Notes: generated by a model not told the origin, from the letters alone. Shown: positions 18,083 through 29,323, counted from the first letter of the stretch. The stretch is 50,712 nt of DNA from Coraliomargaritaceae bacterium (GCA_965656495.1 CBFHKU010000006.1:104282-154993); one strand, 5' to 3'. Made by a program: numbers and translations.

Positions 18083-19114
18083 TTAGTCTGCGAGGAGAAG
18101 CTTGCGGAGGAGTTTTGAGCGAGTGACCGGCCGCACGCCGGCCTCGATGTCTTTAATGCGCTGCCGCGCTTCATCGGCGGCCTCGGATTCGGGGGCGATG
18201 GTGATGGTCTCGTTGTAGAAGGTAAGGGCGGCGGTGTTGTTGTTGCGGTAGAGGTAGAAGAAATCACCCAACTCCAAGCGGCTCCCCGCGAGCAGATTTT
18301 GCATTTGCGCGAGGTTAGCCTCGACTTCGCCAACATTGGAGTTTTCCGGGAAGAGCGCGAGGAAGTCTTCGTAGTAACTGATGGCCTGCCGGGTGGAACC
18401 TTGGTCATACTCGTAGCTTTTGACGAGGTCGGCGAAGGTTTTGGCAAGGTGGTAGTAGGCATCCGAGGCGAGCATGCTTTGGGGGTAGTAATTAATGAGG
18501 CGGTCGAGGGCGTCGATCGCGAGGTCGGCCTCATTTTGTTTTTCGGCGATGAACGCGATATTCATTAAAGCGAGGGGTGCGTAGTCACCGTAAGGAGCGT
18601 TGGCGACGACGAATTCAAATTGTTTAATGGCTTCGCCGTATTGCCGGAAGCCGGGAATGATAAATAGAATCTTTGAACGCGCCCCCTCCATTAAGGTGGT
18701 GGCGCATTGAAATTGGGCGCTGATGACGCCCTGAACGTTAGGGTAATCGGGGTTGTTAAAGATTATCTCCTGAAGGAGGGCGTGGGCACGAACAAACTGC
18801 CCGCGCTCCATTCGGATCTGAGCATGGAGGAAACGGGCTTCGCCGGCGGCTTGGCTCAGCGGGTATTTTTTGGCAATTTTTTTAAAGCTGCGTCGGGCGC
18901 TCCAATAATGCCCCTTCTCAAATTTTTGCCGGCCCTTCTCCAGCAGCTTGTTGGCGGCCTGCTCCAATGCCTGTTTTTCCAAGGCAAGGTCTGCTTGATC
19001 CGCCTCAGCGGAACCGGAAAACCAGTTGAGAGGGTTGATAGAAAATTCTGCATGAAGCGAACCTGCACCGAGGAAGGCGGTGAGCAGAACAAATAGAACG
19101 GCGCGTGGCATCAT
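18083..19114 (-). CDS. bamD: Outer membrane protein assembly factor BamD/YfiO-like TPR protein
   Basis: Signal peptide; repeated ..YP.S.. TPR ends; YDQGSTRQAISYYEDFLALFP; start overlaps the fabH stop (TAATG). Confidence 0.7.
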   Translation of the reverse strand: MMPRAVLFVLLTAFLGAGSLHAEFSINPLNWFSGSAEADQADLALEKQALEQAANKLLEKGRQKFEKGHYWSARRSFKKIAKKYPLSQAAGEARFLHAQIRMERGQFVRAHALLQEIIFNNPDYPNVQGVISAQFQCATTLMEGARSKILFIIPGFRQYGEAIKQFEFVVANAPYGDYAPLALMNIAFIAEKQNEADLAIDALDRLINYYPQSMLASDAYYHLAKTFADLVKSYEYDQGSTRQAISYYEDFLALFPENSNVGEVEANLAQMQNLLAGSRLELGDFFYLYRNNNTAALTFYNETITIAPESEAADEARQRIKDIEAGVRPVTRSKLLRKLLLAD

Positions 19115-20112
19115 TATTGCCATTTGACCATACTGGCACCCCAGGTCAAGCCTGCCCCAAAGGCAACCAGCAGGATTTGGTCGTTGGTTTGGATGCGACT
19201 GGCGCGCCGGGCTTCATCGAGGGCGATGCCAACCGAGGCGGCGGAGGTGTTCCCATAATCCTGTAAGTTGATGAAAACCGATTCCGCCGGGACGCCGAGT
19301 CGTTTGGTGAGACTGTCAATGATGCGAAGATTTGCCTGATGGGGAATGATGAGGGCGAGGTCTTCGGAATCGATGGCGGTTTTTTCCAAGAGGTCGGTAC
19401 TGGCTTGACCCATGACGCGGACCGCCTGCTTGAAGATCTCTTTCCCGTTCATTTTGAGGAAATGTTGCCGTTGATCGATGGAGTTGGCGCTGGGTGGGAT
19501 CGCGGAACCTCCTCCCGGCTGGCAGAGGACTTCCGGGTTGGAGCCGTCGGCGCCGCCGATGCCGCCAATGATCCCCACTCCGGGGGTGTCGCTCCGGCCC
19601 AAGACCGCTGCTCCGGCACCATCGCCAAAAAGGACGCAAGTGGTGCGGTCTTCAAAATCGAGGATGCCGCTCAATTTTTCGGCACCGATGACAAGGGCCT
19701 TATTGAAATTGCCCGATTGCAGCATGCTGGTGGCAATATTGAGACCATAAACAAAACCGGAACAGGCCGCCTGAATATCGAAGGCGGTGCATTGGGGCAG
19801 ATTGAGCTGACTTTGAACCAGACATGCGGTGGAGGGGAAGGGCATGTCGGGCGTCATGGTGGCCACGAGAATGAGATCAATTTCCGAGGGGTCGATACCG
19901 GCGTCTTCAATGGCACGGCGCGCCGCGGCGGTCGCCATATGGCTGGTGTGTTCGTCCTCCGCGGCAAAGCGGCGTTGACGAATGCCGGTGCGGGTTTGGA
20001 TCCACTCGTCGGAGGTTTCCACGAGTTGCGCCATGTCGTCATTGGTCACGACTCGCTCGGGCAGGTAGGAGCCGGTTCCGAGGATGACGATCGAAGGTGC
20101 GGGTGGGTTCAT
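19114..20112 (-). CDS. fabH: Beta-ketoacyl-ACP synthase III
   Basis: [36 protein letters not shown] and FGAGLTWG motifs. Confidence 0.97.
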   Translation of the reverse strand: MNPPAPSIVILGTGSYLPERVVTNDDMAQLVETSDEWIQTRTGIRQRRFAAEDEHTSHMATAAARRAIEDAGIDPSEIDLILVATMTPDMPFPSTACLVQSQLNLPQCTAFDIQAACSGFVYGLNIATSMLQSGNFNKALVIGAEKLSGILDFEDRTTCVLFGDGAGAAVLGRSDTPGVGIIGGIGGADGSNPEVLCQPGGGSAIPPSANSIDQRQHFLKMNGKEIFKQAVRVMGQASTDLLEKTAIDSEDLALIIPHQANLRIIDSLTKRLGVPAESVFINLQDYGNTSAASVGIALDEARRASRIQTNDQILLVAFGAGLTWGASMVKWQ

Positions 20113-20138
20113 AGGAAGTCGGGCAAAAACCGAATCAC

Positions 20139-21209
20139 TTATTCGGGCGAGGCGGTTTCTGATGGTTCAAGCAGGGTAGCGTTGGCCTGAAGAATGTCTG
20201 ACTGAATCGAATCCAACATATCATGGCGAACAATTTCGGTTGCAATCCGTATGGCGTTGGCAATCGCGATGTAATTAGAGGAACCGTGGGATTTGAGGAT
20301 GTTGCCCTTGAGGCCAAGGAGCGGTGCGCCGGCATGGTGGTCGGGGCTCAGGCGGGTTCGCATGTCACTGAAGGCGGATTTGGCAAGCGCGGCGCCGAGC
20401 ATACGCTTGGCATTGCGGCGAAGTTCGTCCCGCATGGTTTTACCCACAAACTTGAAGACTGCCTCACTGGACTTTAGGAGAACATTACCCACAAAACCGT
20501 CACACACGACAACATCGACCTCTCCCTCAAAAATTTGGAAACCCTCAACCGGACCGACGTAATGGATGATGTCACCGATTTGCTTTAGCTTGGAATGGGT
20601 TTCATTAATGAGGCTATTGCCTTTGCCGTCTTCGGTGCCGATGGTGAGCAGGCCGACCCGGGGTTGCTCAAGGTTCAGGGCGGAGCGGGCATAGTTCGTG
20701 CCCAGGATGGCGTTGTGGACCAGATTTTGGGAATTGCACTCCGGGTTGGCACCCACGTCGATGAGGACACAGGGGTTTTGCTTGGTTGGGATAATGGTTG
20801 CGAGGGCAGGGCGCTCGACCCCTTCCAGCGGGCGGAGGCGGATCGTCCCCGCAGCCATCAAGGCACCGGTGTTGCCGCAACTGACAACCGCACGGGCTTC
20901 GCCTTCCTTGACTAAATTTACCGCCTGAAACATGGACGCGTCTTTTTTGCTGCGCATTGCCATGACCGGCTTGTCGTCCATATCGACTACCTCGCTGGCG
21001 TGGTGAATGCGAAGCTTGTCCAGCGCGGATTTTGATTTTTGGGCTTTGAGGAGTCGCTCAATGAGTCGTTCTTTTCCGACGAGGATAATTTCGCTGTCGA
21101 GCTTGAGTTCCTCGCGGGCATATAAAAGCCCGCGGATAAATTCCGAGGGCCCGAGATCGCTTCCCATCACATCGACCGCGATGGTGCAGGGTGCTGCGCT
21201 ACCGGTCAT
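20139..21209 (-). CDS. plsX: Phosphate acyltransferase PlsX
   Basis: [33 protein letters not shown] and KSHGSS motifs. Confidence 0.96.
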   Translation of the reverse strand: MTGSAAPCTIAVDVMGSDLGPSEFIRGLLYAREELKLDSEIILVGKERLIERLLKAQKSKSALDKLRIHHASEVVDMDDKPVMAMRSKKDASMFQAVNLVKEGEARAVVSCGNTGALMAAGTIRLRPLEGVERPALATIIPTKQNPCVLIDVGANPECNSQNLVHNAILGTNYARSALNLEQPRVGLLTIGTEDGKGNSLINETHSKLKQIGDIIHYVGPVEGFQIFEGEVDVVVCDGFVGNVLLKSSEAVFKFVGKTMRDELRRNAKRMLGAALAKSAFSDMRTRLSPDHHAGAPLLGLKGNILKSHGSSNYIAIANAIRIATEIVRHDMLDSIQSDILQANATLLEPSETASPE

Positions 21210-21244
21210 GAGTTGAGTATGGGTTTTAACTTGGCAGCGCGCGT

Positions 21245-21424
21245 TTAAATTTCGACGTCCAGAACCTGGCGCCCGCGATACATGCCGTTGGCGGGGTTGA
21301 TACGGTGCGGACGGAAGCGGGTGCCGTCTTGGGGATCTTTTGCCAGTTGAGGCAGTTCGAAACGAACGGCGCCACGGCGTTTGCGGCTGCGTTGCTTGGA
21401 TTGTTTGCGTTTTGGCTGTGCCAT
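21245..21424 (-). CDS. rpmF: 50S ribosomal protein L32, Cys-free type (absent from the ORF track)
   Basis: Translated by hand: MAQPKRKQSKQRSRKRRGAVRFELPQLAKDPQDGTRFRPHRINPANGMYRGRQVLDVEI; canonical rpmF-plsX-fabH order. Confidence 0.95.
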   Translation of the reverse strand: MAQPKRKQSKQRSRKRRGAVRFELPQLAKDPQDGTRFRPHRINPANGMYRGRQVLDVEI

Positions 21425-21516
21425 GACTATTAAATGCTAAATGAGAGTGTTGCGGTGGGTGTTTTACCCAAGTGAACGGTGGATAAAAACAGTTATAAGA
21501 AACGCGTCAAGTATTC

Positions 21517-22176
21517 TTACGCACAGAGTTCGAGGAGTGAATCAATCATTTTATTAATGCCGGCCTCGGCTTGGAGAAGGGTTTGGGCCTCCATATAGGC
21601 GGGTGTTGTGACAATTTTGTTGTCGCGGTCAACAACCGCAGAATCGGCGTCACAGGGGGTATGGATTGCGCCACGGCCTTCGATTTTAGCGGCGGTATCG
21701 CGGTCATGCCCGATGGTTACGCGAATCTTTTTTGAGCCGAGGACCGCCGCCGCGAGGACGGGGGCGATGCACATGAACCCGAGCGGTTTGCCCGCGGCGT
21801 GCACCTCTTCAATAAGATCGCGCACCATGGGATCCACGTCGAATTCCGCGCCATCCGAGGCGAAGCTGGATAAATTTTTAGCGACGCCAAAGCCGCCAAC
21901 AAAGACAAGGGCGTCCATATCTTGGGGCCGCAGTTCGCTCAGTTGTTTGATTTCGCCGCGGGCGATGCGGGCAGATTCCTCGAGGACGTTGCGAAATTCA
22001 TCCTCTTGGGCGGTGCCGCTTTGGTGGTTGATCACTTCACGTTGCGCGATGTCGGGCGCCGCGCATATAGCTTGAGCGCCGGCGCGCTCCAGGGCCAGCA
22101 AAGTAAGGACCGCTTCATGGATTTCCGCGCCGTCGTAAACGCCGCAGCCGGATAAAATCACCGCTACTTTTTTCAT
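21517..22176 (-). CDS. elbB: ElbB/ES1 family glyoxalase (DJ-1/PfpI superfamily)
   Basis: ILSGCGVYDGAEIHE, ESARIARG, GGFGVAKNLS, CIAP and TTPAYM motifs. Confidence 0.93.
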   Translation of the reverse strand: MKKVAVILSGCGVYDGAEIHEAVLTLLALERAGAQAICAAPDIAQREVINHQSGTAQEDEFRNVLEESARIARGEIKQLSELRPQDMDALVFVGGFGVAKNLSSFASDGAEFDVDPMVRDLIEEVHAAGKPLGFMCIAPVLAAAVLGSKKIRVTIGHDRDTAAKIEGRGAIHTPCDADSAVVDRDNKIVTTPAYMEAQTLLQAEAGINKMIDSLLELCA

Positions 22177-22208
22177 TTTGCTAAACTACATTTTTTACCG
22201 GTGCAGGG

Positions 22209-23225
22209 CTAGGCAAAAGTTAACAAAACCATCGCGGCAAGGCCAAGGCGATACCAGGCAAAGAGGCCGAGGCCGTGGCGCGTCAGGAAGGAGACCAGCC
22301 ACTTGACCGCAAGGGCCGCGGAAACGGTGGCGACCGCGATACCGAGCAGGAGGGGTCCGAGCGGAACGGTTTGCAGGATCTGCGGGCCCACGCTCAGGGC
22401 TTTATAAGCGGAGGCTGCCGAGAGGGTGACCAAGCCGAGCAGGAAACTGAATTCTGCGGCGCGCACCGGGCTGAGTCCGATGAGGTAACCGCCTACGATG
22501 GTCATCATGGAGCGACTGGTTCCGGGCCACATCGCGATGCATTGCAGGCAGCCGACCGTGAGGCATTGGCGGGTGCTGAGTTCATGGAGATCCGGGCCGG
22601 TTTGCGAGCTGTCGGGGTTTTTGCGGCGGTGCCAGAAATCCACTGCGAGCATGAGGAGGGAACCCGCCACGAGGGCAATGACAACCGGGATGATGCCAAA
22701 GAGGGCGGCCTCGATCCAGTCATCCAGCAAGAGTCCGAACACGGCGGCGGGCAGGAAGGCCACGATAAGATTGCGGAGGAGGCGCAAGCCGTTTGGGTCT
22801 TTGCCCAGAACCCCCATAAGGATGGTGAGGAGCCGTTTCCAGTAGAGGATGACGACTGCAAGGATGGCACCAAATTGAATGATGATAGCGTAGGCATCGG
22901 CGGCGTTGGACAGAGTAAAGGGGCGTTGTCCGTTTTCGCTTTCAGGATCTTCAACCCAGAGGATGGCGCCATCGCGGTTGAGGAGGGGGGTCTCGGAATC
23001 GAGACCCAGCGCGGCGTTCGTCAGGATCAGGTGACCGGTCGAGGAAACCGGTAGGTATTCGGTGATGCCTTCAACGAGCCCGAGGATGGCTGCGTCGGAG
23101 TAGGTGAATTGGCGGGTCGAAGCTTCCGGTATATCACTTGCCTGCGCAAGCGATGGCATCGCAGCGGCAAGAAGCGCGAGAAGGCCGAGGAGGAGGGAAC
23201 GTTGCAGGGATTGAGTCACAGGCAT
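22209..23225 (-). CDS. uppP: Undecaprenyl-diphosphate phosphatase
   Basis: GLVEGITEYLPVSSTGHLIL, IQFGAILAV, PGTSRS and AAEFSFLL motifs; start 23225 avoids overlap with trpD. Confidence 0.94.
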   Translation of the reverse strand: MPVTQSLQRSLLLGLLALLAAAMPSLAQASDIPEASTRQFTYSDAAILGLVEGITEYLPVSSTGHLILTNAALGLDSETPLLNRDGAILWVEDPESENGQRPFTLSNAADAYAIIIQFGAILAVVILYWKRLLTILMGVLGKDPNGLRLLRNLIVAFLPAAVFGLLLDDWIEAALFGIIPVVIALVAGSLLMLAVDFWHRRKNPDSSQTGPDLHELSTRQCLTVGCLQCIAMWPGTSRSMMTIVGGYLIGLSPVRAAEFSFLLGLVTLSAASAYKALSVGPQILQTVPLGPLLLGIAVATVSAALAVKWLVSFLTRHGLGLFAWYRLGLAAMVLLTFA

Positions 23226-23332
23226 AAGCTGCAGTTTGTTGGCGCGGATTGGAAGCCGTAAAATGCGTCCGCGTTCAAGTTGGTAATTAGGCTTGAGCTT
23301 CGGTGCGGATGCGTTTGTTTTGCACCAACCCA

Positions 23333-24394
23333 ATGGCGACACTCGAAGAACTCAGGAAAACGATAACAAACGGCGGGGATCTCGACTGGGAGGCCGCGAC
23401 ACAGGCGGCGTTGGCTTTGGCGAATGAAGACCTTGCGAATCCGGAGAAGGCCGCTTTTTTAGTGGCGCTGGCGGAGAAGGGTGAAACCGCGACCGAGGTG
23501 GCGGCGTTTGCGGCGACCTTCCGCAAGTTGGCGGTGGATCCAGAGGTCGGCGAGTGGGCCGCTGATGCGGTGGATGTCTGCGGGACCGGTGGGGACGGAT
23601 CCGGCACCTTTAATATTTCGACAACGGTTTCTTTTATCGCGGCGACTGCCGGGGTTCCGGTTTTCAAGCATGGCAATCGTTCCATTACCTCAAAATGCGG
23701 CAGCGCCGACCTGTTGGAGGCTTTGGGGTTTAAATTGGATGCACCCCTTCCGATCCTGCGGGAATCTTTGAGGGAATTGAATTTTTGCTTCTTTTTTGCG
23801 CCGGCGTTTCATCCTGCCTTCAAGGCGATCATGCCGGTGCGAAAGGAATTGGCGGGGCAGGGAGTACGCACTATTTTTAATCTGCTGGGACCATTGATTA
23901 ATCCCGGTCAACCCGCGCATCAACTCTTGGGGGTCTTCTCGGATGAATGGGTTGCGCCTTTGGCGGAGGCTTTGGGAGCTTTGGATTTAAAGGCGGGTCT
24001 GGTGGTGAATGGAAAGCCGGAGGCGGGTCGCGCTTTGGATGAGCTGAGTTGCGCTGGAAGCAATACGGTCGCGGGCTTGGGTGGCTTGGATGCCTTAGCG
24101 GGAGCTTTGAACGCCGCCGATGCGGGGCTCATGGAATGCGATTTTGCGGATTTGCGGGGCGGGGATGTCGCGGTGAATATGGAACTGCTGGATGGATTGG
24201 TAGGACGTGCCGGGGCGGAGCAGGTGCCGGCGGGTTTGCGTGATACCGTGCTCATGAATGCGGGGGCAGCGCTTTGGGTTGCGGGACGTGCCGGTGATCT
24301 GAAGGACGGTGTCGGGCAAGCGAGGGAACTTTTGGAAAGTGGCGCGGTGCGCGAATGGTTGGACAAAGCCCGGAACTTCTATGCGGTGCTTTGA
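23333..24394 (+). CDS. trpD: Anthranilate phosphoribosyltransferase
   Basis: DVCGTGGDG, FNIST, KHGNRSITSKCGSADLLEALG and RTIFNLLGPLINP motifs. Confidence 0.97.
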   Translation: MATLEELRKTITNGGDLDWEAATQAALALANEDLANPEKAAFLVALAEKGETATEVAAFAATFRKLAVDPEVGEWAADAVDVCGTGGDGSGTFNISTTVSFIAATAGVPVFKHGNRSITSKCGSADLLEALGFKLDAPLPILRESLRELNFCFFFAPAFHPAFKAIMPVRKELAGQGVRTIFNLLGPLINPGQPAHQLLGVFSDEWVAPLAEALGALDLKAGLVVNGKPEAGRALDELSCAGSNTVAGLGGLDALAGALNAADAGLMECDFADLRGGDVAVNMELLDGLVGRAGAEQVPAGLRDTVLMNAGAALWVAGRAGDLKDGVGQARELLESGAVREWLDKARNFYAVL

Positions 24395-24418
24395 TCCGGC
24401 AATAATTGGTTATTTGTA

Positions 24419-25753
24419 ATGGGTAAATATTTTGGAACGGATGGAATACGGGGGACCTATGGGGATGCCTGTATTAATACAGATTTTGCTTACCGCATGG
24501 GAGTTGCGCTGGGGGCGATGCTTCCCGAGGGGGCACGCGTGATCTTGGGGCGCGACACACGGCAAAGCGGACCGGATTTGTGCGGGGCGCTGGCGGGCGG
24601 CCTGCATAGCGAGGGGGTCGCAATTGATGATTTGGGGGTGGTGCCCACGCCGGCGGTGGCGGGCGCAGTCTTGCGAGAGGCGGCTGCCTTGGGCATCGCG
24701 GTAACGGCTTCCCACAATCCCGCCTGCGATAACGGGATCAAGTTATTTGACCGCAAGGGTTGTAAGCTGACGCCGCAGGAAGAACTTGAAATCGAAGCGG
24801 CGATCGATGCGGTGCCGGCCCCCGGGGGAGCACTGCCGGACGCGGTGATTCATTCGCTGGACGGCACGCAGCAATACATCGACGGGGTGTGCGGTTTGTT
24901 TGCGGCGAATCTCTTGCAAGGCTTGAAGGTGGTTTTAGACACTGCCAACGGGGCGACCTTTCAGACGAGCCCGGCGGTTTTAGAAGCGCTCGGCGCGGAG
25001 GTCGTTTTGCTGGGCGCCGACCCGGATGGTTTAAATATCAACCTTGGGCTTGGCAGTGAACACCCCGAGAAGCTGGCGGCGGCGGTATTGGAGCACCATG
25101 CGGATTACGGCATTGCCCACGATGGTGATGGCGACCGTTTGGTCATTTGTGATCATGCCGGCCTTATCTTGGACGGAGATGTTTTGCTTGGAATCCTGGG
25201 TTTGCATGCGCTGGAGACGGGTCGCCTCGGGGCACGTACCTTGGTTGCTACGGTCCAAAGTAACCTTGGCCTGGACCACGCGGTGAAAGCGGCGGGCGGA
25301 GTAATTGTTCGCACCGATGTCGGTGACCGCAATGTCGCAAGCCGGATGCGTGAACTCGGTGCAACGGTGGGCGGCGAGAATTCCGGTCATATTATTCTGA
25401 GTGATTACGCAAGTACGGGGGATGGTTTATTGGCGGCGCTGGAATTGATGCGGGTCTTGCGTGAGAGCGGTCAATCGCTCGGGGATTGGCGCGGGCGGGT
25501 GGAGCTTTTTCCGCAGGCGACCCGCAATCTACGCCTGGAGGAGAAATTGCCATTTGAAAGCCTGATATCCCTGCATGCAGCGCAAAGGACGGTGGAAGCT
25601 GAGTTTGGTGATGCCGGTCGGGTTTTGATACGCTATTCCGGTACGGAGCCAAAATTGCGTCTCTTGGTTGAGGGGCGTGACCCCGTAGCGGTGGAAGCGG
25701 CGATGGGGACGTTGGAACTCGCGGCACGTGCCGATCTCAAGGTGCTGGATTAG
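24419..25753 (+). CDS. glmM: Phosphoglucosamine mutase
   Basis: YFGTDGIRG, TASHNP, DGDGDR, GGENSGH and RYSGTEPKLR motifs. Confidence 0.93.
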   Translation: MGKYFGTDGIRGTYGDACINTDFAYRMGVALGAMLPEGARVILGRDTRQSGPDLCGALAGGLHSEGVAIDDLGVVPTPAVAGAVLREAAALGIAVTASHNPACDNGIKLFDRKGCKLTPQEELEIEAAIDAVPAPGGALPDAVIHSLDGTQQYIDGVCGLFAANLLQGLKVVLDTANGATFQTSPAVLEALGAEVVLLGADPDGLNINLGLGSEHPEKLAAAVLEHHADYGIAHDGDGDRLVICDHAGLILDGDVLLGILGLHALETGRLGARTLVATVQSNLGLDHAVKAAGGVIVRTDVGDRNVASRMRELGATVGGENSGHIILSDYASTGDGLLAALELMRVLRESGQSLGDWRGRVELFPQATRNLRLEEKLPFESLISLHAAQRTVEAEFGDAGRVLIRYSGTEPKLRLLVEGRDPVAVEAAMGTLELAARADLKVLD

Positions 25754-25827
25754 GGCTTTACCAGTAGGCGCTTTGTTTGGCATAATTTAGTTTTTAATTT
25801 GTACCAATCACTCCAAGCCAAAGTTTC

Positions 25828-27231
25828 ATGAAAGAAGTTGCCCTCGATAGTCTTGACCCCCGTGAGCAGAAACAGGTGCAGAACGCCATTAAGGCGATCG
25901 GCAAAAACCCTGCCTACGCCATTGATATTTTATCCAACATTATCCAGCGCCACCCCGGTTGTCTGGAAGTGCGCCGCAATCTGAGGCAGGCGCAACAACG
26001 GGTCACGCAAGGAAAATCAGCGGGCTTGTCGGGCTTGATGTCGAAAGTCAGTGGTCTCGGAATGAGCCTGCGGGCACCGAAGGTGGAGAAGGATCCACAG
26101 AAGGCGCTCGAAGCAGCGGAGGAAATGCTGCGTGCAAACTCCGGCAATATCGCGGCGCACCAACTTCTGGGTGAAGCTGCGGGCGCGCTGGAATTAAACG
26201 AGACCGCCGCGTTTGCCTACGAGGAAATTTACCGCATCGAACCCGGCAATGCCGGCAATGTCAAAGACCTCATGGAAGCCTATATCTTAATCGGCAAGAA
26301 TGAGGATGCCATTCGCATCGGGGAGGCGGCTTACCGTGCCAACCCCAATGACGATGCCATTGAGTCGCTGGTAAAGAAGGCCTCGGTTCAGCAAACCGTG
26401 AACAAAGGCCGTTGGGAAGAAGAGGAGAGTTTCCGTGATAAACTCAAGGACGAGGAAGAGGCGCAGAAACTCGAACAAGCGAGCCGCGCCAAGACCGGCG
26501 AAGCCGGATTGCGCTCCCTTATCGAGGATGCCTTGCAAGCGGTCGAAGCGGAACCCGACAATATCAACCTCTATCGCGACCTCGCGGGTAATTACCGCAA
26601 GCTGGGTGAATTTGAAAACGCTCTGGAATGGGTCCAGAAGGCGCGTCAATTAGACGGGGGCAAGGCCGATGTGAATCTGGAGCGTCTGGCTTCCGCGCTG
26701 CAGCGCGAGAAAATGCAGGCCGCCATTCAAACGCAGGAAGCGATCCTTGAAAAAGATCCGGACAACGCGGAGGCGAAGGCGGCGCTCGATGCGATCCGTG
26801 CCGAGGCGCACACCATGCAGCGCGAGCAAGCGGAGCATCTCGTGCAGCGTTACCCCAACGAATTCAGCTACCGCTTCGAATTGGGCGAACTTTACCTCGA
26901 GGACGGCGAAACCGATGCCGCGATCAAGGAACTGCAATTGGCGCAGCGTAGCCCCAAGGTGCGGGTGCAGGCGCTCATCCTCCTCGGAAAGGCCTACAAG
27001 ACCAAGGGATTCTACGACCTTGCCGTCGAGCAATTCATCAGCGCCAAGGGCGAAATCCCCGGCGTCACCGATATCAAGAAGGACGTCCTCTACGTGCTTG
27101 GGGAATGCTACGAGCTTCAGGGTGACATGGAGAAGGCGATGGTCGAATACAAGGCGCTCTATGGGGCCGATATCGCCTTCCGCGACGTTGCTCAAAAGAT
27201 CGACGACTTCTACTCAAAACAAAACAGTTAG
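25828..27231 (+). CDS. Tetratricopeptide repeat protein
   Basis: Multiple helical repeats with LG..Y...G....A and (E/D)P.N patterns. Confidence 0.8.
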   Translation: MKEVALDSLDPREQKQVQNAIKAIGKNPAYAIDILSNIIQRHPGCLEVRRNLRQAQQRVTQGKSAGLSGLMSKVSGLGMSLRAPKVEKDPQKALEAAEEMLRANSGNIAAHQLLGEAAGALELNETAAFAYEEIYRIEPGNAGNVKDLMEAYILIGKNEDAIRIGEAAYRANPNDDAIESLVKKASVQQTVNKGRWEEEESFRDKLKDEEEAQKLEQASRAKTGEAGLRSLIEDALQAVEAEPDNINLYRDLAGNYRKLGEFENALEWVQKARQLDGGKADVNLERLASALQREKMQAAIQTQEAILEKDPDNAEAKAALDAIRAEAHTMQREQAEHLVQRYPNEFSYRFELGELYLEDGETDAAIKELQLAQRSPKVRVQALILLGKAYKTKGFYDLAVEQFISAKGEIPGVTDIKKDVLYVLGECYELQGDMEKAMVEYKALYGADIAFRDVAQKIDDFYSKQNS

Positions 27232-27298
27232 TTCAGCTTGGCAGGATGGCCTCAACTGAGGCTGGACAGTTGGGCACCGAGAGAGCAAATTAGAGGGT

Positions 27299-28360
27299 AT
27301 GCAAATAAAACGAGTAGCCTTGACGATGTTCATCGTCGTTCTGTCGTTTTATTTATTGAACCTCGGGCAATCAATACTGCTTCCGCTCGTCATCGCGGGT
27401 GCAATCGCGTTTTTGATCAGTGCGCTCGCACACGCGATCGGCTCGATTTCCTGGCGCGGCATACAGTTGCCAAAGATCCTCACCTTCGTGCTCGCGGTCG
27501 TTTTGATTCTGGCTTCCCTGAGTTGGGTGATTCAATTGATCACAGACAACGTTGCGCACGTCATTAAACAGACCCCGGTTTATCAGGCCAATCTGGAGGT
27601 ACGCATCAATACGATTTACGCTATGCTTGGCCTGGAGCAATCCCCCAGCGTGCATGAAATTTTAAAGAGTGCGAATCTCAGCGGGCTCCTCCAGGGCTTC
27701 GCTAAAACCGTCAGCGGTCTCGCGGGAAGCACCGGTATCATTTTCGTTTACCTCATCTTTATCATCCTGGAACAACGCACCTTTGAATCAAAGATCCGCG
27801 CCCTTTTTCCACAGGTCGAACAACAGGAAGCGGTTTTCAGTCTCATGCAGCGGATCAACCGCGACATCCGCACTTATATTGGAATCAAGGTGCTCACCAG
27901 TGCCGCAACCGGACTGCTCAGCTACCTTATCCTGGAGTGGGTTGGGGTGGATTCCGCGAGCTTCTGGGCGGTCCTTATTTTCCTCCTCAACTTTATTCCC
28001 ACCATCGGTTCTATTATTGCGACCGCCTTTCCCGCGCTCCTGACCTTGGTGCAATTCGAAACCTGGACGCCCTTCATCGTCGTTGTGCTGGTCATTACCG
28101 CGATCCAGTTTTGCATCGGGAGTATCGTTGAGCCGCGCCTCATGGGTAGTAAATTGAATTTAAGCCCGCTCATTCTCCTGCTCTCGCTCGCTTTGTGGGG
28201 CTCGATTTGGGGCATCCCCGGGATGTTCCTCTGCGTGCCGATTACCGTTATAATCGTTATCATCTGTTCCTATTTCCCGCAGACCCGTGCCCTGGCAGTG
28301 ATCCTCTCCGGCGATGGCAGTCTATCTGCCGGTTCCGATGCGGAGGCCGCCGGTGATTGA
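27299..28360 (+). CDS. AI-2E family transporter
   Basis: FLLNFIPTIGS, VEPRLMG..LNLSP and WGIPGMFLCVP motifs. Confidence 0.92.
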   Translation: MQIKRVALTMFIVVLSFYLLNLGQSILLPLVIAGAIAFLISALAHAIGSISWRGIQLPKILTFVLAVVLILASLSWVIQLITDNVAHVIKQTPVYQANLEVRINTIYAMLGLEQSPSVHEILKSANLSGLLQGFAKTVSGLAGSTGIIFVYLIFIILEQRTFESKIRALFPQVEQQEAVFSLMQRINRDIRTYIGIKVLTSAATGLLSYLILEWVGVDSASFWAVLIFLLNFIPTIGSIIATAFPALLTLVQFETWTPFIVVVLVITAIQFCIGSIVEPRLMGSKLNLSPLILLLSLALWGSIWGIPGMFLCVPITVIIVIICSYFPQTRALAVILSGDGSLSAGSDAEAAGD

Positions 28361-29312
28361 TCGCCTGCGACGGCACTGGTTCACCCTCGGCCTGCTGGGG
28401 GTAATCGCGCTCGCGCTTTTTGGGTTTAGCTTACCTGCCTCCGAGGTGCTCGTCTCGGTCGGTATATGGATTATTTTCCTTTCGCAGGGGATGGTCATGG
28501 GTCAGGGAGCGGCGGAAACGGGCCAAAATTGGCGGGGGACGCTGGCCTTTGTTCTGAGTTGGAACTTCCTGCTTTTCCCGCTCCTAACGGTGGGTCTATT
28601 GCTACTCACCGGTCGCTGGGGACAGAGCGAATTCTGTTTTGGTTATTGGCTCCTTGCGTTTCTTCCAACCACCATTGCCTCGGCAGTTGCGATGACTGCC
28701 GCGGCTGAGGGTCGGGTGGGGTATGCCTTGCTTGCCACCGTGAGCTCAAATTTGCTCGCCGTCTGGGTGGTTCCGGCTGCGGCGGTCTTTTACCTCGCGA
28801 TTGAAACACAGATTGAAATTGCCCTCCTCCCGCTCGTGCTACGAATCGCAACCCTCATCGTCCTGCCCCTGATTATCGGCTACGGCCTGCGCCGCATGAA
28901 GCTCCCCGGCACGCTTGAGCTGGCAGGGGTCGCCCGCCCGCTGACGCAGGGCGTTTTATTGTTCATTATCTTCGCGAGCTTTTCACGCAGTGTTGCCTCC
29001 GGGCAACTGGCGAATCTCGGGCCGGGCTCGATACTCGAATTGCTCCTGGTTTGCGGCGCCTTGCTTTTGCTCGTGAGCATTGCGGTATGGTTCAGTGCCG
29101 GCAGGTGTGGCTTTGCCCGCCGCGAACGTGTCGCGGCCTTTTATTGCGCGAGCCAGAAGTCCCTTGCGACCGGAGTCCCCATGATTGGATCCGTCTTGCT
29201 TTCGGTCGGACCCGAAAACGCCAGTGCCCTTACCCTCCTGCCCATCCTTTGTTATTCCCCCATGCAACTACTGCTCGGGGGCCTGCTCGTGCCGCACCTG
29301 TCTAAAGAGTGA
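28353..29312 (+). CDS. Bile acid:sodium symporter family protein
   Basis: LPTTIASAVAMT...G, SNLLAV and CASQKSLATGVPM motifs; GTG 28353 is the likely start. Confidence 0.85.
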   Translation: MIDRLRRHWFTLGLLGVIALALFGFSLPASEVLVSVGIWIIFLSQGMVMGQGAAETGQNWRGTLAFVLSWNFLLFPLLTVGLLLLTGRWGQSEFCFGYWLLAFLPTTIASAVAMTAAAEGRVGYALLATVSSNLLAVWVVPAAAVFYLAIETQIEIALLPLVLRIATLIVLPLIIGYGLRRMKLPGTLELAGVARPLTQGVLLFIIFASFSRSVASGQLANLGPGSILELLLVCGALLLLVSIAVWFSAGRCGFARRERVAAFYCASQKSLATGVPMIGSVLLSVGPENASALTLLPILCYSPMQLLLGGLLVPHLSKE

Positions 29313-29323
29313 GGTTCGACCCC

